64,000 nucleotides of DNA from Thainema sp. (GCA_052168235.1 JBQLZK010000022.1:1-64000); one strand, 5' to 3'. Shown: positions 1 to 9,912, numbered from the stretch's first letter. A program made the numbers and translations. Notes: generated by a model not told the origin, from the sequence alone.

Positions 1-164
1 ATCCCACCTTATGATCTCATATTGAGATCGTTCTGGCTATTTTTCGAAGTGCCCTTAAAAGTAGTGCCCTAGATCCATCGCTTTTTTACAGGCATGACAA
101 TCTCATACCGCGATCCAACATCAACTTCCCATATTCGAAGCACAACCCCTGATAGTTCAACTGA

Positions 165-268
165 TATAGCCTTTCCTAGGCTACTGAGGTACAAGTTATG
201 TTTTGAAGGCTACGCTTCGCGCGGCCTTCAAAAAACAATCTCCCTTTACTAGCGCAAGAAGCGCTATA
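165..268 (+). mobile_element. MITE-like element, family A copy 1 (TATAGC...GCTATA ends, central hairpin)
   Basis: Aligns end to end with the reverse complement of 6970-7074; central imperfect palindrome TTTTGAAGGC..CGC-TTC-GCG..GCCTTCAAAA. Confidence 0.7.
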
Positions 269-402
269 GCTCAACATGTTGTGCAAAAGGAATGAGGATT
301 TATGTAAAATGGCCCCTGAATAGATTGTCCAAGAAAATTTACTTATTTCCATCACCCTAAAGGTGGCATTAATCCTCTATTTGACGAATATTTGGCAAAC
401 AA

Positions 403-437
403 AAAAGAGCTGAGTCGTCAAGCGACTCAGCTCTTTT
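403..437 (-). terminator. Hairpin/intrinsic terminator downstream of fbaA
   Basis: 15-bp stem AAAAGAGCTGAGTCG/CGACTCAGCTCTTTT with T-runs on both strands; a second imperfect hairpin lies at 455-504. Confidence 0.65.
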
Positions 438-534
438 GAATTTTTGACATATAACGAAAAGTATGATGTAAATAAGACCGAACCCTTTACATCATACTTT
501 TTCGACTAATTTTCGGCTAAGGGCTGATTAGCAA

Positions 535-1617
535 TTACGCCTTAACAGCTTGCTTGTCAGTCTTCGCATCGAGTTCACCGCTTTCATATTTTGCAGCGTA
601 AACCTCGATGGGAGCCTGCTTGATCTTGCTCGCGTTACCAGCAGTACCAAACGCGTCATAGCGCTCAGCACAAACCTTCTTCATGTAAGTGATAGAAGGC
701 TTCATGAAGTGACGAGGATCGAAGTTGCTAGGATCTTTAGCCGCAGCTTCCCGAATTGCCGCAGTGATTGCCAAGCGGTTGTCGGTATCAATGTTGACCT
801 TGCGAACGCCGCTCTTGATACCCTTTTGAATTTCTTCAACGGGTACACCGTAGGTTTCAGGAATCTGACCACCATATTGGTTGATCATGTCCAACCATTC
901 CTGAGGAACGGAGGAGGAACCGTGCATTACCAGGTGGGTATTAGGCAGACGGCTGTGGATTTCTTCAATGCGGCTAATAGCCAGAATCTCACCAGTCGGC
1001 TTACGGGTAAATTTGTACGCACCGTGGCTGGTTCCGATCGCAACTGCAAGCGCGTCAACTTGAGTTTGTTCAACGAAGTCAACCGCTTCATCGGGGTCGG
1101 TCAGCAGTTGATCTTTGCTGAGCGTACCTTCGAAACCGTGACCATCTTCTGCTTCACCCTGGCCAGTTTCCAGAGAACCCAGGCAGCCGAGTTCGCCTTC
1201 TACGCTAACACCGATGGCATGAGCAACCTTCACAACCTCACGGGTCACATTGACGTTGTACTCATAGCTAGCAGGGGTTTTAGCATCTGCTTCGAGTGAG
1301 CCGTCCATCATGACGCTGGTGAAGCCGTTGCGGATCGCGGAGTAGCAAGTTGCAGGGCTGTTGCCATGATCTTGGTGCATGGCAATTGGAATATGAGGAT
1401 AAGACTCAACTGCAGCCATTACTAGGTGGCGCAGGAAGTTCTCACCTGCATATTTACGAGCACCCCGAGAAGCTTGCAGAATGACAGGGCTATCTGTCTC
1501 GTCAGCAGCCTGCATAATCGCGAGGATCTGCTCCATATTGTTTACGTTGTAAGCTGGAATTCCGTAGCCTTCTTGAGCCGCGTGATCCAGCAGCAGCCGC
1601 ATTGGTACAAGCGCCAT
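535..1617 (-). CDS. fbaA: Fructose-bisphosphate aldolase class II (Calvin-cycle type)
   Basis: [15 protein letters not shown]-terminus; [22 protein letters not shown] and HGSSSVPQ motifs. Confidence 0.97.
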   Translation of the reverse strand: MALVPMRLLLDHAAQEGYGIPAYNVNNMEQILAIMQAADETDSPVILQASRGARKYAGENFLRHLVMAAVESYPHIPIAMHQDHGNSPATCYSAIRNGFTSVMMDGSLEADAKTPASYEYNVNVTREVVKVAHAIGVSVEGELGCLGSLETGQGEAEDGHGFEGTLSKDQLLTDPDEAVDFVEQTQVDALAVAIGTSHGAYKFTRKPTGEILAISRIEEIHSRLPNTHLVMHGSSSVPQEWLDMINQYGGQIPETYGVPVEEIQKGIKSGVRKVNIDTDNRLAITAAIREAAAKDPSNFDPRHFMKPSITYMKKVCAERYDAFGTAGNASKIKQAPIEVYAAKYESGELDAKTDKQAVKA

Positions 1618-2180
1618 AGATAGTCCTCCTAATCGACTTTGATAGCAGCGATAGCTACCTAAATTCGCTTGAATCCAGATAGCTCAAAATATCCCATTGC
1701 GAGAGGGAGCTGCCCTATAAAGCTAATATTATGACAATTTCTAACGTATGACTAACTGTTTTGACAAAAGCCCAGCTGTATTTTGCAGAATTTTGCTAAA
1801 ACTCACAGTCTTTAATCATCCGCCTTTAATGATCCGCTGTGTTATCCGCAGTTAGTGGGAAGGCCAACTGACTAACGGCACAAGCCATAGGTATAAATTA
1901 TACAAATTATGGGCATCAATCATCACCCAATTCTGCAATCCTAAAATCGTTTTGGCACCATCGTGGCACTGGATAGCTGGATTCGATCTGCGTTAGAGGC
2001 ACTGCTCAGCTAGCCATTTATCTGACCATCAGAACAGCGACATTGTCGAAGCGAATTGTAAATAAATGTAAACTTTTTTCTGCGATCGCGATTTCAGTCT
2101 GCGTGATGGGAAATCTATCTTTAGTTAGATCAATCACATCTTATTCGTTCAAATTACGCAGTCGTTGGAAGAGTATCGTA

Positions 2181-2552
2181 ATGGTTATGCACAATATTAT
2201 CCGCTCAGTTGCTCTCGCTGCTGGCGTTACGTCCGTTGTTGTTATGGGCACCGCCTTGAAGGCTGAAGCCCAAAGCCGTGAACTCTGGTTACATAGCGGC
2301 GAAACCGTAACCGTTGAAGGGTTCTTCGTATCGGGAGAGAACATCTTCGGCTGGTGTGATGGCGACTGCTATGACCTCGATATTTCGCTCTATGACGCGA
2401 ACGGCAACTTCATCATGCAGGATGTTGAGCCGGATGCCAATCCTGTTGTGTATGCACCCTATGACGGTACGTTCTACGTGACGTTGGGTATGCCGAACTG
2501 TTCTCATCCCAGCGGCTGTGCTGTCTGGGTTGATTCTGATCAAGGTTTCTAA
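2181..2552 (+). CDS. Secreted small Cys-containing protein, PPC-like beta domain
   Basis: Signal peptide ending AEA; CDGDCYDLDISLYDANGN motif; start moved to ATG 2181 from the longer ORF call. Confidence 0.65.
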   Translation: MVMHNIIRSVALAAGVTSVVVMGTALKAEAQSRELWLHSGETVTVEGFFVSGENIFGWCDGDCYDLDISLYDANGNFIMQDVEPDANPVVYAPYDGTFYVTLGMPNCSHPSGCAVWVDSDQGF

Positions 2553-2574
2553 TGCCAGTCAGCAAATTGAATAG

Positions 2575-2627
2575 CAACTCAAAACAGAAAGGCCCGCGCA
2601 CAGCGCGGGCCTTTCTGTTTTGAGTTG
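2575..2627. terminator. Perfect 25-bp palindrome with 3-nt loop between a CDS and a convergent tRNA
   Basis: CAACTCAAAACAGAAAGGCCCGCGC-ACA-GCGCGGGCCTTTCTGTTTTGAGTTG. Confidence 0.7.
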
Positions 2628-2642
2628 TAGTCTATTGAAAAA

Positions 2643-2714
2643 TGGGTCGCCCGGGATTCGAACCCGAGACCAGTCGGTTAAAAGCCGAATGCTCTACCGC
2701 TGAGCTAGCGACCC
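2643..2714 (-). tRNA. trnK: tRNA-Lys (UUU)
   Basis: Reverse complement GGGTCGCTAGCTCAGCGGTAGAGCATTCGGCTTTTAACCGACTGGTCTCGGGTTCGAATCCCGGGCGACCCA folds as a cloverleaf; anticodon TTT; CCA not fully encoded. Confidence 0.97.
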
Positions 2715-2801
2715 TTGTTTGGCGTCGAAACGTGCCGTTTCAATGCCGATTATTACCTTAACATGGATTGCGAGTTTGTAGAACAGTTTTTTTGATTTTT
2801 T

Positions 2802-2881
2802 GGTGGGTGAGTGGGTAGGAGGGTAGATGGGTAGGTGAGTAGATGGGTGGATGGGTAAGAGGGTGGATGGGTGGATGGGTG
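2802..2881 (+). repeat. Degenerate G-rich octamer tandem repeat (GGGTRGAT-like), STRR-type
   Basis: About 10 imperfect units such as gggtagat, gggtggat, gggtaaga. Confidence 0.8.
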
Positions 2882-2892
2882 ACAGATAGGAA

Positions 2893-3789
2893 TTAGTTGT
2901 CTGGGGTGTTTACTTCAAGTTTGATGTGGCTTGTAAAGGACTGCTGAGGGTCAAGGCGGATTAGCGATTCTCCGGTGTTGAGGGCGTTGCGAGGGGCTGT
3001 CCAGGGTTCAAGACAGTAATAGGCTTTGCCGTTGACGGTCCAAAAAACTAGGGTGGAAAAGGCATCGTCGTATGTCAGCGTAAGAGTTAAGTTGCGATCG
3101 CAATCGCGCACCTGAGCCGACTGGCGTGACAGAGGTTTGAATGCAACATCGATTTCATCGGCTGTGATGTCCTCAAATGTTCCGCTAAAGGGATGAACCT
3201 CCTTAGTGATTTGGTCTTGTAACTGATCGGCAGGAATATCAAAGTCAAGCTGAGTCTTGTCATTGACCTGAAAGTAGGGATGAAAGCCGAGGGAAAACGG
3301 CATGGTGCGATCGCTGCGATTTTCAACCACTTGGTCAATTGTCAACGCATTACCAGCTAAGCGGTAGGTTAAGCGCACAGAAAACTCAAAGGGATAAACT
3401 GCTAGGGTTTGCTCATTCTGCGTCATCTGTACGGTTAGCGCGGCTTCATCATGGGTTGCTCGTTCAATGACTTCCCAGGGGAGATCTCGACCAAAGCCGT
3501 GTTGTTTCAGCGTATAGGTTTGCCCGTTTAGCGTGTACTGGTTGTCTGGTAAGTTCCCACAGATGGGAAACAGCACCGGAATGCCGCCTCGTACCGAAAG
3601 CGATGGATCCGCAAAACGCGCTGCATCAAAATACAGAATCTCCTGACCTTTGTACCGCCAGTGGGTAATCAATCCCCCGCGTTCTGGAACGACGTTTAAC
3701 TCAGCCTGGGCCGCTTGGTCATAAAGCGTATAGGTGCAGTATTGGTTTTGATGAATAGAGATAGCAAACACGTTGTATTCCTCGATCAA
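2893..3789 (-). CDS. Aldose 1-epimerase / galactose mutarotase-like protein
   Basis: RGGIPVLFP, QHGFGR, GFHPYF and CLEPW motifs. Confidence 0.9.
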   Translation of the reverse strand: MIEEYNVFAISIHQNQYCTYTLYDQAAQAELNVVPERGGLITHWRYKGQEILYFDAARFADPSLSVRGGIPVLFPICGNLPDNQYTLNGQTYTLKQHGFGRDLPWEVIERATHDEAALTVQMTQNEQTLAVYPFEFSVRLTYRLAGNALTIDQVVENRSDRTMPFSLGFHPYFQVNDKTQLDFDIPADQLQDQITKEVHPFSGTFEDITADEIDVAFKPLSRQSAQVRDCDRNLTLTLTYDDAFSTLVFWTVNGKAYYCLEPWTAPRNALNTGESLIRLDPQQSFTSHIKLEVNTPDN

Positions 3790-3847
3790 TAGCCTTTGGC
3801 TAATGGTTACTGTTCAGACCAAATCGGTCAAAAATCCAAAAAAATAA

Positions 3848-3870
3848 TGAGTTGCACGTAGTGCAACTCA
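3848..3870. terminator. Short hairpin downstream of the CapA-like gene
   Basis: TGAGTTGCAC-GTA-GTGCAACTCA. Confidence 0.4.
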
Positions 3871-3884
3871 CTGAACTAATCGAA

Positions 3885-6719
3885 CTAAGGTTGATTCTGG
3901 CTGTTGGACTCTACCTCTACGTTAACTTCAGGCGGAGCAGCTTGATTAGCGCCTGCACTGTCTGCTGGCCTAGCAGGTCGGTTGGGTAACTGGGGTTCAG
4001 GCAACTTCGGTAGTTTTAGCTCAACAGTCGGTGCCTTAAACTTCGGTTCTGTCTGTACATCGCTGGCGTTGAGATGGGTAATTTCGGTGTTAAGTGCTAC
4101 TTCGAGTTGATTCAGTGCGATCGCATCTTCTTCCTCATTCGTCACCGCTTGATGAGGATTTGGGACATCAGTTACCGCTGCGACCGGATTGGACTCGAGG
4201 GGTTGATTCACCAATGGCCCTACTAGCGGCTCCTCTACGGGTTCAATAGCGCCACTCGCATCCGGTTGTTCAACGGTATCGGTCTCGCCCGAACGTTCGG
4301 CTGGCGCTTCAGCACTGGCACCGGGTGCAGGTTCGGCATCAGGAATCTGAATCTCAACTGACGACTCAATCGGAGACGATGGCTCTTCCAACTGCAGCCC
4401 ATCCGAATTCATTTCTGGCACTACAGCATCAATGTCGAGGTTGTTGTCTGAATTGGGACGGCTTAGCTCAGAGGGCATTACCTCTACTGGTGCCATCTCT
4501 GTTACATCAGGCGTAGGCGTTTCTAAATTAGCCGGGTTGTCCTCAAACTCAGGACTGACAGACTCAGGACTGACAGACTCAGGACTGACTCCGTCTAACT
4601 CAGGCACGGCTAAACTATCAAAGTTGTTGCTATCTAATGAGTTAAAGGGATTGAAAGGATTGATTTCGGAGCCTGCTTCCGAGTCCTCGACCTCAAGCTC
4701 TTTCGATTTTGAATCTTCCAGCTCAGAATTATTGGGTTCCAAACGCTCCAGCTCAGGACTTTCCAGCTCAGAATTCTTAAGCTTGGAGTTGTCTAACTCA
4801 GGCGGCGCGGCCTCTGGGGCAGCATCTGGGAAAGCGGGCTGGTCTTGCACATTCAGATTCGGATCGCCAAAATACATCGGCCCTGAAGCCGGAGCTTGAT
4901 CAAAGCTATCCTCAGCTGGCGCAAATTCATCTGTCGGTGCATTATCCAGCTTGTTTTCTTTCAACGGTGACTGCAGTTCAGTACCACCTTCAGCCTCGTC
5001 ATTCACAGCCTCTTCCGGGGTGAAGCCATCCTCCACCGCATCCGGATTCAGGATCTCCATCTCCGGTGCATTCGGATCAACAAATGGCGCAGATGAATCA
5101 ACTGGGCGTTCTGGCTCTGTCTCCGGTTGCCGTAGATCCAAGACCACCGGAACTTCTAACGGCTGCTCAAAGGTCGCTGAAGACTGATGAATTCGGTCTA
5201 AGATCGCTTTACCTTGTCGGCCTTTAGCCAGCTGAGGATGACCGTCTTTCACCGTCACCGGGACGAACTCCACCTTCATCTGATCTGGCTTCAGAGAGAC
5301 CTTCAGCACTGCCGTATCAAATTCAGCATAGGGATCGTCCTCTAGCATCAAATCGCCCAAGGAATAGGCAATCGGTCGTCCCTTATAAACCTCTGCACCT
5401 TGCAAGACATCTGGATGCTGACCCACAACTAAATCTGCGCCTTGGTCAATGGCAAAGCGGGCCATATCCTTTTGCCAGTCTTCCACCTGATCTTCTGACA
5501 GCTCCTCACTCCAGCGGTAGCTGACCACAATCCAGTCCACCTGTTCGCGAATGGCCTTGATATCTTCTGCGACAGTCGTTTGTTCTTGGGGATTAATACC
5601 AGCGCTACCTCGTTCTGCCGCTAACCAATCCGCGCCAGAATAGCCAAGATAGGCAACTCGCTGCCCTTTCACGTCGATTATTTCAGGCCGACGAGCTTCT
5701 CGCACATCTCGTCCGGCCCCCATGCGATAAATCCCAGCCTGATCCAGGGACTTAATGGTTTCCAGCAGTCCCGCTTCGCCATAATCCACAATTTGATCAT
5801 CAGCTAGATTAACGATGTCGATGCCGCTCTGCTTGAAGGCTGCCGCTGATTCCGAGCGGGTGCGATCGTACATTTCTTCCTCTAGCGAAGTAGCTGCATT
5901 GGCGAGTGGTTCGGCCAAGCTAACCATTGATAAATCAGCCGATTGCGTCGCATCCAACTCAGCCAGTAGACCACCAGCGGTTTCAGCCGCTCCCACATTG
6001 AAGTCAGCCGGAGATACTTCTCCGCCAAACATCAGTGTCACTGAAGAATCGTAGGGATTTTTGACATCTTCATGCTGCAAGACTGCTACGGTTTCTAAAG
6101 CAGCCTGTACGGTACTCGGACGATTGGTAGCGACTCGCGAGGTGGGATTCGTTTTGGAAATAACGGGTAACGTGGGAGACGGACGAGCGGTGAGATGCTC
6201 TAACCAAAAGCCCATCAAGAAAGCTGCGATCGCAGATCCGCTCAGCATGAATGACCGCACCAGTTTAAGCTGCTGCTGCGATGAAAAGGTCAGCGTTAGC
6301 CAAGCGGGAGAGGACGAGTTGCTAATTTTGGGTGGAATATGAGCTGCACGAGCTTTGACATCGACTGTTTGTGGCCCCTGCTGCCGCTGCCGTCGCTCAG
6401 TTCGAGTGGGAATCCGCACCGTTTGCTGCCAAATAAAATCCGACTGACCGATATGGCGAGCCAGGATATGAACTCCTTCAATCAGATCCGACTCCAACTG
6501 CCACAGCCGATGACAGATAAATCGCACTAAGCGATCGCGAATCGGCTTGCGATGAAATTCCACCACGGCTTGCAAGCAGCCCGGACGAGCCGCTTGCACT
6601 TGCACATAAATACCCTGTGGCACTAGTTGGCTGTTCAACCAATAGGCCAGCGCCCGAAAATTGCCATTCCGTGCTAATTCAACGACAGACTGCTGCTGCG
6701 ACACATCCAGCTTGGACAT
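3885..6719 (-). CDS. CapA/PGA_cap-family metallophosphoesterase-like protein with TM anchor and long acidic Pro/Glu/Ser-rich tail; catalytic residues degenerate
   Basis: EARRPEIIDVKGQRVAYLGY, GADLVVG and VYKGRPIAYSLG segments; low-complexity C-terminal region of about 400 aa. Confidence 0.8.
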   Translation of the reverse strand: MSKLDVSQQQSVVELARNGNFRALAYWLNSQLVPQGIYVQVQAARPGCLQAVVEFHRKPIRDRLVRFICHRLWQLESDLIEGVHILARHIGQSDFIWQQTVRIPTRTERRQRQQGPQTVDVKARAAHIPPKISNSSSPAWLTLTFSSQQQLKLVRSFMLSGSAIAAFLMGFWLEHLTARPSPTLPVISKTNPTSRVATNRPSTVQAALETVAVLQHEDVKNPYDSSVTLMFGGEVSPADFNVGAAETAGGLLAELDATQSADLSMVSLAEPLANAATSLEEEMYDRTRSESAAAFKQSGIDIVNLADDQIVDYGEAGLLETIKSLDQAGIYRMGAGRDVREARRPEIIDVKGQRVAYLGYSGADWLAAERGSAGINPQEQTTVAEDIKAIREQVDWIVVSYRWSEELSEDQVEDWQKDMARFAIDQGADLVVGQHPDVLQGAEVYKGRPIAYSLGDLMLEDDPYAEFDTAVLKVSLKPDQMKVEFVPVTVKDGHPQLAKGRQGKAILDRIHQSSATFEQPLEVPVVLDLRQPETEPERPVDSSAPFVDPNAPEMEILNPDAVEDGFTPEEAVNDEAEGGTELQSPLKENKLDNAPTDEFAPAEDSFDQAPASGPMYFGDPNLNVQDQPAFPDAAPEAAPPELDNSKLKNSELESPELERLEPNNSELEDSKSKELEVEDSEAGSEINPFNPFNSLDSNNFDSLAVPELDGVSPESVSPESVSPEFEDNPANLETPTPDVTEMAPVEVMPSELSRPNSDNNLDIDAVVPEMNSDGLQLEEPSSPIESSVEIQIPDAEPAPGASAEAPAERSGETDTVEQPDASGAIEPVEEPLVGPLVNQPLESNPVAAVTDVPNPHQAVTNEEEDAIALNQLEVALNTEITHLNASDVQTEPKFKAPTVELKLPKLPEPQLPNRPARPADSAGANQAAPPEVNVEVESNSQNQP
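4547..4591 (-). repeat. In-frame 15-bp tandem repeat x3 (VSPES units)
   Basis: actcaggactgacag x2 followed by actcaggactgactc. Confidence 0.85.
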
Positions 6720-6969
6720 TACCCCACACTCCTCGTACCAAAACCAACCACGATCGATCTGAAAACCTGAGAACGATGTTTGTCAGTTGCATCAGTGTGG
6801 CAACCACTCAAACTCGTTCTCAAAGGCCATTTCACAGGCTGGTGTGAATTTCAAACCGACCAACGCTAGACCTAGCGTCGGCCATGCACATTCTTTTCAG
6901 TCAGAGCTTAGCTCAAATGTTTCAGATCGGCGCATTTTTTTGCAAAATCTCAGATTCAAATCAGCAAAA

Positions 6970-7074
6970 TATAGCGCTTCTTGCGCTAATAAAGGGGGCG
7001 TTATTTTTTGGAAGCCGTGCGGAGCGCGGCTTCCAAAAAATAACTTGTACCTCAGTAACCCAGAAAAGGCTATA
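6970..7074 (-). mobile_element. MITE-like element, family A copy 2
   Basis: Reverse complement matches 165-268; central hairpin TTATTTTTTGGAAGCCGTGC-GGA-GCGCGGCTTCCAAAAAATAA. Confidence 0.7.
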
Positions 7075-7165
7075 TAGCGGTTCTAGATAAGAACGAGAGA
7101 GGAGAGTGCCTCATCCTGAGGCACTCTCCTCTCTCGTTTTCTCGCTCTTAACTGGAATCACTGTA
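7073..7165. mobile_element. MITE-like element sharing a TA with the family A copy 2 end; perfect 22-bp central palindrome
   Basis: Imperfect TIR TATAGCGGTTCTAGATAAG / CTTAACTGGAATCACTGTA; core AACGAGAGAGGAGAGTGCCTCA-TCC-TGAGGCACTCTCCTCTCTCGTT at 7092-7138. Confidence 0.6.
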
Positions 7166-7219
7166 GTTGATGGGAGGGGGGGCTGCTGACCAATTTTGCG
7201 TTAGACCGATGACCTAATG

Positions 7220-7340
7220 GCTAAACCTGCCCCTAACCACAAGGGTTCACCAACAGCTCGACAAAATTGATGAAGGAACGCAGCTTAACTAAACTGCGAA
7301 TCATTCCACCTCTGAGGGCATGGCAATGCCATGCCCCTAC
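7220..7340. repeat. GTAG-type REP-like sequences
   Basis: GCTAAACCTGCCCCTA (7220-7235) is the exact reverse complement of 60607-60622; GGGCATGGC-AAT-GCCATGCCCCTAC at 7316-7340. Confidence 0.55.
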
Positions 7341-7353
7341 TAAATCCGCGTTT

Positions 7354-8334
7354 CTAGGCGTTGACTTCTAATTGAGAGACGGGTGCGGAATTTGTCGGTG
7401 TTGGCGCTAACTGGGGCTTGATGCCAGCTTGTTCCAGAATCTGGGGAATCAAATCTTCACGACGCACGGCCATCATGTGGACACCGTGACACAGCTGCTG
7501 AGCCAGTTGCACCTGCTCAGCAGCGATCTGGACACCTTCCTGAAGCGGATTTTGGGCTTTTTCCAGCCGATCAATAATCTCGTCAGGGATCTGCACTCCA
7601 GGTACGCACCGATTAATGAAGCGAGCATTCTTGGCGGACTTGAGTAAAAAGATACCCGCCAGAATCGGCTTATTCGCTGGTGCCGCGATTTGAGTCATAA
7701 ACTTATCCAGTCGATCAAAGTCGGAAACGAGCTGGCTCTGGAAAAACTGCGCTCCGGCTTCTACCTTGCGCTCAAAGCGGCGCTGGAGTCCTGACCAGCT
7801 CTTGAGCTGTGGGTCAACTGCTGCGCCGACAAACAGATCGGTTGCGCCATCGGGCATCTCTTTGCCGTTGTTGTCTAAGCCCTGATTCATCTGGTCAATC
7901 AGCTTCAGTAGCCGCACTGACTCCAGCTCGAACACGCCCCGTGCGTCGGGATGATCACCCGCTTTGATGGGGTCGCCCGTCAGCGCCAGGATATTCTGTA
8001 GGCCCAGCGCATAAGCTCCCATCAGGTCGGCCTGGAGGGCAATTCGGTTGCGATCGCGGCAGGCCATTTGGCAGATTGGCTCCACGCCATGCTGCTGCAG
8101 AATCGCTGCCGCCGCCAGAGACGACATCCGCAGCACCGCCCGACTGCCATCGGTGACGTTTACCGCATGAACCCACGGCTTGAGCAACCGCGCCATTTTG
8201 ACCATGTGGCTGGGGTCGCCACCTTTGGGTGGCATGACTTCAGCGGTCACCAAAAACTCACCCGCTTGCACAGCGGTACGAAATCGAGACGTTGCGGGAC
8301 TAGTGCCGTTGATGGCGGTCGGGAAAACAGGCAT
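7354..8334 (-). CDS. metF: Methylenetetrahydrofolate reductase
   Basis: TAEVMPPKG, AVNVTDG, CRDRNRIALQADL, LALTGD and AGAQFFQSQ motifs. Confidence 0.92.
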   Translation of the reverse strand: MPVFPTAINGTSPATSRFRTAVQAGEFLVTAEVMPPKGGDPSHMVKMARLLKPWVHAVNVTDGSRAVLRMSSLAAAAILQQHGVEPICQMACRDRNRIALQADLMGAYALGLQNILALTGDPIKAGDHPDARGVFELESVRLLKLIDQMNQGLDNNGKEMPDGATDLFVGAAVDPQLKSWSGLQRRFERKVEAGAQFFQSQLVSDFDRLDKFMTQIAAPANKPILAGIFLLKSAKNARFINRCVPGVQIPDEIIDRLEKAQNPLQEGVQIAAEQVQLAQQLCHGVHMMAVRREDLIPQILEQAGIKPQLAPTPTNSAPVSQLEVNA

Positions 8335-8509
8335 GAATCGCTAAATTAAAAACCAATAAAAGAGATGTTATGAATCTCTATCATCGTTGATTTAGGGTTT
8401 TCAGGAAAGAGAGCAGCTTTCAGATTCATTCATCGCTGCTGACAAATGATATCGATTGACGCACGGGGAAGGCGTCTGTGTTAGGTATGGTTGACTAACA
8501 CCTCTTTTG

Positions 8510-8553
8510 CCCTCATCCCTAAATCCCTTCTCCCCTTGTAGGAGAAGGGACTT
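8510..8553. repeat. Short dispersed hairpin repeat downstream of trpS
   Basis: CCCTCATCCCTAAATCCCTTCTCC-N7-GGAGAAGGGACTT. Confidence 0.5.
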
Positions 8554-8576
8554 CAAGAAATTCCTTGTTACTGAGC

Positions 8577-9596
8577 TTATAGCGGTTTGGAGTAGCCGAG
8601 GGCGTCTTTGACTTTGCCCAGGGTTTGATTTGCGATCGCGCCTGCTTTTTCGCGACCATTACGTAGGACGCTTTCCAGATAATCCTTTTCGCTGCGTAGC
8701 TCGTGATACTTGTCTTGAATGGGTTTGAGGCTTTCGACCAGGACTTCGGTGAAGGCGGGTTTGAACTGGCCCCAGCCCATTTCGGTTCCCTCGGCGGCGA
8801 CTTCCTCTTTGGTCTTGCCAGAGAGAATCATATAAAGCGTCAGCAGGTTTTGGCACTCGGGCCGTTCGGGATTGTCAAATTCCAGACCGCGTACTGGATC
8901 GGTTTTGCAGCGCTTGATTTTTTTTGCGATCGCATCTGGCGGATCGAGTAGATCTATCCGGCTCATTTCAGATGGATCGGACTTGGACATTTTCTTGGTG
9001 CCATCGGTCAGGCTCATCACCCGTGCGCCTTCGGTCTTGATCATCGGTTCGGGCACTTTCAAGATCGGCTTTTTCTCGCTGCCATACTGGAAGTTGAGTC
9101 GATTGGCGATATCCCGCGTCAGCTCTAGGTGCTGCTTCTGGTCTTCCCCGACGGGGACGAGATCCGGTTCGTAGAGCAAAATGTCGGCGGCTTGCAGAAC
9201 GGGATAGTCGAGCAGACCAATGCTGACGTTTTCGCCCTGCTTGACGCTTTTTTCTTTGAACTGAATCATCCGCTCTAGCCAGTTGAGCGGCGTAATGCAG
9301 TTGAACAGCCAAGCCAGTTCAGAGTGTGCGGGAATGTGGGACTGCACAAAGATGGTGGAGCGCTCTGGATCAATGCCGCAAGCGATGTAGAGTGCGGCCA
9401 CTTTATAAGTGTTCTCGGCTAGCACTTTTGGATCGTGGGGCACCGTAATCGCGTGTAGATCCGCCATGAACAGGAAGCTGTCATACTCTTCCTGGATGTC
9501 TACCCAGTTCCGAATCGCTCCTAAATAGTTACCGAGATGAAGTTCTCCAGTTGGCTGAATCCCTGACAGAATGCGTTTTCCCATCGTTTCAGGCAT
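8577..9596 (-). CDS. trpS: Tryptophan--tRNA ligase
   Basis: SGIQPTGELHLGNY (HIGH-like), VPVGEDQKQH and KMSKS motifs; start ATG 9596 or 9584. Confidence 0.97.
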   Translation of the reverse strand: MPETMGKRILSGIQPTGELHLGNYLGAIRNWVDIQEEYDSFLFMADLHAITVPHDPKVLAENTYKVAALYIACGIDPERSTIFVQSHIPAHSELAWLFNCITPLNWLERMIQFKEKSVKQGENVSIGLLDYPVLQAADILLYEPDLVPVGEDQKQHLELTRDIANRLNFQYGSEKKPILKVPEPMIKTEGARVMSLTDGTKKMSKSDPSEMSRIDLLDPPDAIAKKIKRCKTDPVRGLEFDNPERPECQNLLTLYMILSGKTKEEVAAEGTEMGWGQFKPAFTEVLVESLKPIQDKYHELRSEKDYLESVLRNGREKAGAIANQTLGKVKDALGYSKPL

Positions 9597-9729
9597 AGTC
9601 TTGGGCGGTTCCCCTGCAAATTCCACACCGCAGATCGTAACAAATCTTAGTCACGAAAAACCTGAAGTGATGATTTTACATGCCTGGTAGGGGCGAATGG
9701 CGTACTTGTTTAGCGTGACACTCTGTACA

Positions 9730-9861
9730 GATCCCCCTAAATCCCCCTTAAAAAGGGGGAACTTAAAGACCGCGACAGATCCTCTAAATTCTCTTTAAGC
9801 GGAACTTTGAGCCAACGTTGGAATAGCCCCCTTAAAAAGGGGGCGGCGACAGCGGGGGATC
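9730..9861. repeat. Cyanobacterial GATCCCCC...GGGGGATC palindromic dispersed element
   Basis: Terminal inverted GATCCCCC/GGGGGATC; CCCCCTTAAAAAGGGGG hairpin occurs twice; degenerate internal copy of the left end. Confidence 0.65.
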
Positions 9862-9912
9862 ATACACTGACGATAAACAAGTCATCGCAGCGGCGAAATG
9901 CCTTTTCGGGGT

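Noticed and set aside
550..1299. 249-aa plus-strand ORF and other antisense ORFs inside dnaK, zwf, fbp and the CapA-like gene
   Set aside because: Antisense shadows of conserved, codon-biased genes with no recognisable motifs.
2575..2881. tRNA-Lys as an integration site for an island or prophage
   Set aside because: No integrase, and no duplicated tRNA 3' end was seen elsewhere in the window.
8335..8510. SAM or other riboswitch upstream of metF
   Set aside because: No recognisable SAM-I/II or THF aptamer consensus on the minus strand.
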